From Eledone cirrhosa (Eukaryota), in NCBI GenBank assembly GCA_964016885.1, contig OZ024741.1, positions 150,164,001-150,228,000 on the forward strand: a stretch of DNA of 64,000 bases, written 5' to 3'. The position numbers and the translations under genes are program-made. Positions within the stretch are counted from its first letter, which is position 1; each line of letters starts with the position of its first letter. Below are positions 54,789 to 64,000 of this stretch, piece by piece. The notes under the pieces are model-generated. The model was not told the origin of the DNA, made no database searches, and saw only the letters and a program-made list of their open reading frames with translations.

Positions 54789-56709
54789 AAAATGATACAT
54801 GACATACCCTGAGATGTTAAATGGTTAAGATTTAATCAAGGTAGTGATTAACTTATGAGAAAACTCAACATTTATACCCTAATAATGAGAACATGCGAAA
54901 ACGTAATAGAATCAACAGAGAAGGTATGAGTAAGAAAAACATTGCTTTAATGTAACAGTTATAGAGTTTTTAAAATCTGGGATACTACAAATTAGGATTA
55001 TAGAGGAAGACGTCTCTGGAGTTATAATTTTATTACAGTGTTTGGCTTGAGAAAGCAACCGATAGATAATTATATAGATGATAAGAAAAACCATAAATTC
55101 ATCCAGATGGACAAAACAAACTACTAATTCTTCCATAACACCCAACCTACTAAATAAGGCTCTATCGTACGCTTATAAGCATACTGATGTAACCACGGAT
55201 GAAATTGATATCATACTAACAGCCAGAAGAACTCCTATTAACTTCAACAATGAGTATTGGACCCGCTCAGATAGAAATAGAAACTTTGATATTACTATGG
55301 GGGCATCCGATTCTGCGCAAATCACAGATCTTCTGGGAATTATCATATTAAATATGATAATAGAAAACTGCCGGAGATTACCGGTGGTTTATATAGGGAC
55401 GACATTTTATTTACGGTGGTCAAACACAACAATATTGAACTAAATAGAGTAAAGAAAAGTATAATAGAATTCTTTAAAATGTATGACCTTAAGTTAGAAG
55501 TAGAAAATGGTACCAAAATAGTTAATTTCCTAGATGTTTCGTTTAACTTAAACTCTGGCTTTTATTACCCTTTTCATAAGCCCAATGAAAACTTAAACTA
55601 TGTTAGTTACTACTCCAATCACCCTAAATCTGTAAAAAAAGCTATAGTAAATAGTGTGCAAAAACGCATTAATAGAATATCAGCCAATAAAGCAATATTT
55701 GATGATAATGCAGCATACTACAATGACGCGTTAAAAAGAGCAGGATATGAGAATAATATAGAATATGTAGATAATAATATTCTAAGTTTTAATCCTGATA
55801 AAAATAACGGCATATATAAACGAAACGCTAATAATTATAATTCAAACACCCATACGGCAAACAAATGGAGGAAAAAAACTAGAACTAAATCAGTCATATG
55901 GTTTGCCCCCCCCCCCCCCCCCCCCCGCGCTTCGGTAGCAGTTAGAACATCAATTGTAAACCTACTCTTTAAAGCTTTGGACAGCTCTTTCCCTAGTCAA
56001 CATAAATACCATTCCATTTTTAATAGACACACTATTAAATTATCTTATTCTACAACTATGAATATGGCCCAAGACATTGCTAAATTAAACAGTAAAATTC
56101 TAAAGCAGAATCAGCATAATGATCTTAATAATAGTGTTAACATAAATAATAATAAACCAAAATGTAATTGTAGAAATAAAATTGATTGCCCTCTGCAAAA
56201 TAATTGTTTGGATAGTAATTTGGTGTATAATGCACCGTAAAAACTGATTACAACACATACAACTACATAGGATCGACTTCTACATTTAAAGCTAGATTTG
56301 CGAATCATAAATGCTCTTTTTCGAATTCCAATAGGAAATCATCCACTTCTTTATCACAGCTTATATGGTCATTAAAAGATAAGAATTTAAAATACTCCAT
56401 ATTTTGGACGAAACTTCGTAATAGTGGAGTTTACCGCAACTCAAGTATATCAAGTAACCGCGCGTTTTGTACAATGGAGACCCTTTTGATTATTAATAAT
56501 TATGAGACCTTAATTAACAAAAAAAGTGAATTATTCTCAAACTGCCTTCATAAAGCCTTGTCTACATTCCAAGCCTCGCATAAGATCAGGAAAAAACAAT
56601 AAGCAACCAAACTTAGTTTTTAGACGTACATCATCAATAGTTGAAAACCTTAATAGCTTATAAAACTTTAATATTGCTTTATATTATAACCATCTATAAA
56701 GGAAATAAC

Positions 56710-56800
56710 TGTTTCTATTTTAAACACAAGGCCAGCAATTAACCAGTACATTACTGGTACTTTATTTTATCGACCCCGTAAGGATGAAAGGCAAAGTTAA
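56710..56800 (-). mobile_element. Truncated SINE inside the PLE 3' region
   Basis: ctggtactttattttatcgaccccgtaaggatgaaaggcaaagttaa. Confidence 0.85.
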
Positions 56801-57412
56801 ACGTTTGAATGAATGATATTTGTTTAATAACATGCTGGCACGTTGATATACATAAAATATGTTTTTTTGAATATTATTAACTTTGATCCATATCATTATT
56901 TCTCTATCTTTATTTTTCTATCTCTGTTTTAAATATAGTTTAAATATCCAACCTGTAAGTTTTTACTGACCTTATTTTGAACTGTTGATCATTCATGCGT
57001 TTACACTTTTTAAAAATATATATGTATGTATTCAACTTATGCATGTTTGAATCTATTATCTAAGATTATAATCGTTATCATTTACCAAAAGCATACTGTC
57101 TCATTAATACTTGGTATATCTCTCTATACGTAATTTTTGCAAATATGTTTATATTGTATAATAACTTAATCATATTAATAGTTAGGTATATCTCTGCATT
57201 TAGTTTTTTGCATCAATATTTATAATGTATAATAACTTAATCATAATTATTGTTTCGGTATAGCGCTATATATAGTTTGTGAATATATATATATTGTACA
57301 ATAACATAATCATTATTTAGAGTTCATTCTTCCCTTGAAGGTAGAACTAATATAGTAATTTAATATAATATAATAAATATTAATTTATTACGATAAATGG
57401 ACCCCCCCCCCA

Positions 57413-57492
<80 letters not shown>

Positions 57493-58044
57493 GCTGAAAG
57501 CTCTGCGTAAATATTATACTTTAGACAATGTATCTACTTGACAATAAATTCCTTGATATTTGTAACAGTAAGTACTTCATAAATTATACATACCGAAAAT
57601 GTTGACACTGGTATAAGTAATCTTTCTTTTGCGGGCCTAGTAAATCCTTTAAATTTGTTTTCATAAAACTTAGAATTTTAGAAATGTAACACATTTTAAA
57701 TTTTTATAAAATTTATAAAATTAATATAAATAACCATCAACTTTTAAATCCTAAAATTTTGATTCTTCACCCTAAAATAACATAAATTAAATATTAAATA
57801 TTTTGAAATTTAACCGCTAAGTCTATATGTGAAATTTTTTTTGCATAAATTACTCCCCTTTATCTCTCCCTCTCTTTAATTATCTTTCGGTTGCTTTCTC
57901 AAACCAAAAATTGTAATAAAATTATAACTCCAGAGACGTCTTCCTTTATAATCCTAATTTGTAGTATCCCAGATTTTAAAAACTCTATAACTGTTACATT
58001 AAAGCAATGTTTTTCTTACTCATACCTACGGATTGACATGATGG

Positions 58045-58350
58045 CGGGGAGGCGCGTGGCCTTGTGGTTACAAAGCTGGATTCACAATCGTGAGGTTGTG
58101 AGTTCGATTCCCGGCTCGAGCAAGGTATTTTATTTCAGGTTGTCCCTATTCACACAGTTGCAGAATTGATTTGCAGCGTGATTGGTACCAAGCGGTACCC
58201 GCCTTTGACTTTCCCTTAAGTGACATCGGTGGCATGGAGACGAGAGACAGGTATGCATGGGGCATTGCTGGTCTTCCACAATTCTGGCTCGGTAGGTAAC
58301 TTTCTTGGTGCAAAACCTATGGTCATTCGTGACTGAATTGGGTCTTTACT
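58045..58350 (+). mobile_element. tRNA-derived SINE (second family)
   Basis: A-box tggccttgtgg, B-box gagttcgattcc, followed by a non-tRNA body. Confidence 0.6.
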
Positions 58351-58760
58351 TTTTTAATATATACGTGTATAATACGTACATATTTTATATTTTGCTTTGA
58401 TACATAAATAGTTTCTAGAAGATAGACACATGTTTATCTATTTGAGTGTGTTATGTGTGTTTATCCTTAATCATTCAGCTTGTTCTGAATAAATCCTCTT
58501 ATATGTATTCTTACAAGTAGGTTTACATTTCAGAGCATCTATGTATCTGGTTGATGTGTGTAAATCAGCATGTGGCTATGTTTGCGTCAACTAAACAATG
58601 TACTTATGTCCATGCACATATACATGTATGTGTATGTACATGTTGAATATATATGTACATGTATGAGTTTATGAAAATTTGTATGCAGGCTTATGCAAAC
58701 ACACACACGCACACACACACATACAAATATACACATACATGTCTGTGTTTGTAAATGTGA

Positions 58761-58816
<56 letters not shown>

Positions 58817-59064
58817 TAAAAAAAGTAGAATTGACTGTTGCAGCATATGTACAAACTGTATATCACAACTAACCCCCCCCCATACACACACATACACACA
58901 CACATATATATATAATATATATATATACACACATACACACACACACATACACAAATATATATATATATACATATATATGCTTGAGTATGTGCAAATGTGT
59001 GCAATGATCATTTTCCATCTAGTTCTTATGTGGCTAACTGAACAATACGCTTAAAATAGTTATA

Positions 59065-59653
<589 letters not shown>

Positions 59654-60699
59654 ATATATATATATTACACACACAGAAATGTATATATATTTCTGTGTGT
59701 ATATATATATATATTACACTCACAGAAATGTATATATATTTCTGTGTGTATATATATATTTCTGTGTGTGTATATATATATTACACACACACAGAAATGT
59801 ATATATGTTTCTGTAGCACTCCTCAATTCCTCCCTCTCTCCCTCCCGCTATCCCCCTCTTGTAGTCTGTCTCTTTCTTTCACTCTCACTCTCTCTCTACG
59901 CGTGCGCAAAAAACATTCGCACGCGCGCACGTGTTTTAGCGTCTATTCACTCTCTCTCTCTCCCTCTCTCCCTCCCGCTATCCCCTCTCGCAGTCTGTCT
60001 CTTTCTTTCACTCTCACTCTCTCTCTACGCGTGCGCAAAAAACATTCGCACGCGCGCACGTGTTTCCACTGTCGGAGAGACAGGCAGAGAAATTGCTGGT
60101 TATATATTATAAGGAGATTACTACGAACGCTTAGCCGCAAGAAGGCATTTCTCAACTTCCGCCATTTTACTCAAACATTATTGCAAGCTTCAAAAAACTC
60201 TATTAATCAGATGGTAGATTGTGCTTGTGTGTGTGAGTGAGAGAGTATGTGTATGTGTGCGTGCGTGTGTGTGTGTATGTGCGTCTCTGTGTGTGTGTGT
60301 GTGTGTATATATGTGTGTGAGTGTGCGTGTGTATGTGCGTCTGTATGTCTGTGTGTGTATATGTGTGTGTGTGACGTTGGCCTGTGAACCTTCCGAAGCC
60401 TGAGGCTCGCTATACAGTTCACTATAGATACAAAAGCCATTGATCTTAACATTTTTTCTAATAGGCAGGAACGAGAATGTCCCTAATGAAGACATTATAG
60501 TTACACTACACCATCTATGACATGATAGTTATCTATTGCACGTAACAGCGTTTTTCTTTCCCTTTTCTAACAAGATTACTTTCTACCAAACTCCTTTCCT
60601 ACAGATCTCCCTACATAACCACCGTTCTTTTGTACGTACACATACTATATATATATATATATATATATACCACACACCTAAATATATACACATATTTAT

Positions 60700-60779
<80 letters not shown>

Positions 60780-60911
60780 GTATATATATTTATATATAAA
60801 GTTGGCATATTGACACGTCTTCATACTAAAAATGTGTAAATATGTATAAATATTTACTTAGTCTCCGTTACCACTATACTGTATATATATACAGTTATTA
60901 TTTTATCTATA

Positions 60912-61029
60912 ACGATCTGAGTTCAAATCCCGCCGAGGTTGACTTTGCCTTTCATCCTTACGGGGTCGATAAAATAAAGTACCAGTAATGAACTGGGTGA
61001 TTGCTGGCCTTGTGCCTAAAGTAGAAACA
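60912..61029 (+). mobile_element. 5'-truncated SINE with 15-bp TSD
   Basis: TSD attattttatctata at 60897-60911 and 61030-61044. Confidence 0.85.
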
Positions 61030-61399
61030 ATTATTTTATCTATATGTATGCATATATTTACGTACATAAATATATATATATATATATGCATATATACACA
61101 TACACACACTCACACACACGCACGCACACGCACACATATATGTATATAAACATTTAGTTTAGTATTGGCGAGCAGGAGAATGAGTAGTCAATACTATAGT
61201 AAAGATCAACAGATTATTGTGGCTGATCCAGTACTTTGTTACACTTGAGTTTCTTCTGTGTGCTAGACGTTCAGCAGACAGTAACAGATTCTGGTTCACA
61301 TGTGGAAGTTATCATTTGCATGGCCGTCTAACAATTGTTCCAAGAAACATATTAGCATACAAACGAAACTACTTTATACCTAGAAGGGCAAAATGGGAT

Positions 61400-61700
61400 T
61401 CCTCCGAAGGGTCTTTGAGTATCGTTACACGATAAAGTGCGGTACTCGGAGATCAGTGAGTCGCTCCAGGTAGAGCCACTACGCCTAATTGAGAGATCAC
61501 AGCTCCGATACTATGGGCATGTGGTTAGAATGTCTCAGGAAAGAATCACTGGACAGATTGTACAAGCAAAATCAACCGGCAAGATACCCAGTGCTAGACC
61601 CCAAGCAAGATGGTTGGATAACATCCATGAGCTTGGCTGGTTTCGCTTGGGGATCCAACTGGATCAGTTGGAGACGGTTGCTTCTGACAGGCGGCACCTT
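61400..61700 (+). pseudogene. RTE-like LINE C-terminal fragment
   Basis: IERSQLRYYGHVVRM..GKIPSARPQARWLDNI. Confidence 0.65.
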
Positions 61701-61969
61701 GTGCCCTTCAGTAAGATATCTTATTTCACGTTACTCTAATTTCCTCAAGTGGCAAAAATGAGTTGTATCTGTAATTCGAAGGGCCAGCCTTGTCACAGTC
61801 TGTTGTATAACACTGAATCTCCCTGAGAACTATGTTAAGTGTACGCATGTCTGTGGAATGCTCAGCCACTTGCACGTTAATTTCATGAGCAGGCTGTTCC
61901 ATTGATCATATCAACTGGAACACTCGTCGTCGTAACCGACGGAGTGCCAGTTCTATTTATGTATGTATA

Positions 61970-62102
61970 AGTGGCGAAGTGGCAGTGTCGTTACAGCGTC
62001 GGATTAAATGTTTCGGTGTTTGTCCTGGCTCTGTGCTTTGTGTTCATATTTTTCCAAGGTCAACTTTGCCTTCTAGACTTTCGGTGTCGATAAATAAAGT
62101 CC
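61970..62102 (+). mobile_element. Old SINE copy (another at ~63590-63715)
   Basis: ggtcaactttgccttctagactttcggtgtcgataaataaagt. Confidence 0.6.
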
Positions 62103-62702
62103 CAATCTAGGGACTGTCGGCATTTGTTCCGACCTTGCGCGTTCTGATTTCGGAATAGGGTGACATGTCAGCCAGAATTTGCGACCTGGCAGATAGCATC
62201 AGCAATAGAAAGACCAATGGGAACGTTGTTTCTGTGGTCTGATTTGACAATCAACTTCTTTTTATCCCCCACTATATATATTCCCGAACCACCACACCAC
62301 CAAATCATCACATTACACCACTTCGCTCCTGCATAAACACCACAATATTACACCACACCACCACCACCACCACCACTACCACCACCACCACTATGTCACA
62401 CAACCATACCACACCACACCATCACCATCACTACATACAAAACACCCTCATCACTACACCACACCACCATTATAGCACACCACTACACTCCAACCACTAC
62501 ACCTCCCGACCACGATTACACCATACCACCACCACCATACCCACACACTTCCCTATTCCCACATCCCCACGCCACAACTCCACAGTACTCAGATGAATTA
62601 ATTCCTCATTTGAGAAATGTCCAGTAATTGTTCACACTCCAGCGATTTCTATCTGTTGGTTGAATTCTCGTTTATTCTCGTTTCAGAGAACTTTGAAAGA
62701 CT

Positions 62703-62757
<55 letters not shown>

Positions 62758-63255
62758 GATGATGGTAATGATGATGATGATGATCATCATAGCGGGCGGG
62801 GGGTACCATTGACGGTACTGAGAGAGGGGGGGGAGTAAAGAAGAGGAAGACGAGAAAAAAGTAGAAGAAAGCTGATTGAAAATTATGGACAAGAAAAACT
62901 TAGAGATTGAAGTGTTTTCATATAGAATATCTGTCTGGTTGTCTGCCTCTCTCTCTCCCCCCTCTCTCTCATATATATATATGTGTGTGTGTGTATGTAT
63001 ATATATATAAAAGTATTTGTATATTATTAAATATACAATACGTACATTCATATATGTGTGTGTGTGTGTGCGTGTGTGTGTGTGTGCAGTTGATACAGAG
63101 AGACACCTGAAAATTGAATCAAGCCACATATTAAAATACATGCATTGCATATATATTTATATTTATATGAATATATAGCTTGATTATATTGCATTTTTAT
63201 CTTCTTATTAACTGAATGTACACACCCACACATCCACACACACTTACTCACACAC

Positions 63256-63334
<79 letters not shown>

Positions 63335-64000
63335 TATATATATACACATACATACATATATAAATGAAAAGAATCAAATTTAGAGCGATTAATTTAGATG
63401 TATATATATGTATGTATATATACATATATATATACATATATATACACATCTAAATTAATCGCTTTAAATTTGATTCTTTTCATTTGTATCCTACTATCTC
63501 GCTAATCACTTTGCATGAAAATAAAATATTATTAGCCTGATTGGGAGATATTTAACCAAACAGAATAAACTACTGAAACGACGTTATTTATCCAGTGGCA
63601 AATTGACAATGTCGTGAGTGCCTCAGCATATGTTCTGTCTCCTTGCACTTCGAGTTCAAATCCATTGCGGTCAGCTTTGTCTTTTATCCTTTATGGATCG
63701 ATAAATAAAATACCACTTCAGCGCTTGAGGATTCGCAGATTTGTATAAAGAATCAGACGGGGTGCTTTAAGGTATCCAATCCGATTCTGTGCGTTTCTAT
63801 TTCAAATCCTTTCTCTTTCTGCCAAGATTTGCGACTGGCCGATAGTATCAGCAATAGAAAAAAAAAACAATGGGAAATAATTTTCTTGTTCCAATCCTGC
63901 GATCAATTCCTATCCTTTTATTTTTTAAAAAATCGGTATATAACATTTTTCAGTCTATGATGATGGATACGTTCGGAAGAGCTACGTTGGCGGCTCGTCT

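Larger units (their letters stand above)
54595..58027 (+). mobile_element. PLE with RT, GIY-YIG and inverted pLTR, frameshifted
   Basis: ITMGASDSAQITDLLG, LYRDD (at a frameshift), NFLDVSFNL, SNHP, IKLSYS, CNCR..CPLQNNC, YIGST. Inverted repeat ~54922-55072/57877-58027. Confidence 0.85.

Noticed and set aside
58050-58116. tRNA gene
   Set aside because: A and B boxes are present, but the acceptor stem is poor and the sequence runs into a SINE body.

Overview
AT-rich, microsatellite-dense animal genomic DNA. The SINE families and the (TA)n/(CA)n/(TATC)n density look like a cephalopod such as octopus, but this is an inference. I find no host gene. Almost all real coding signal is decayed retroelement: several Penelope-like elements (PLEs, RT plus C-terminal GIY-YIG), mostly inserted in (TA)n and often carrying inverted 5' segments; two tandem R4/Dong-like RLE elements bounded by (TACA)n; a Tx1/L1-like element lacking its RT; an APE-RT LINE; CRE- and RTE-like fragments; tRNA-derived SINEs; and hAT- and Helentron-like remnants. 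The main feature is a cluster of about 20 hammerhead-ribozyme (HHR) motifs read by eye, some degenerate. Eight of them lie in a near-perfect tandem array of 456/457-bp units (49818-53213). Each unit is non-coding and strongly self-complementary and carries one type I HHR, which makes the array a candidate retrozyme (self-cleaving, circular-RNA-producing, non-autonomous element). Several other HHRs have non-canonical cores (U3-A8 covariant, A4 variant). Most small ORFs in the supplied track are microsatellite artefacts. Element boundaries are approximate unless stated.
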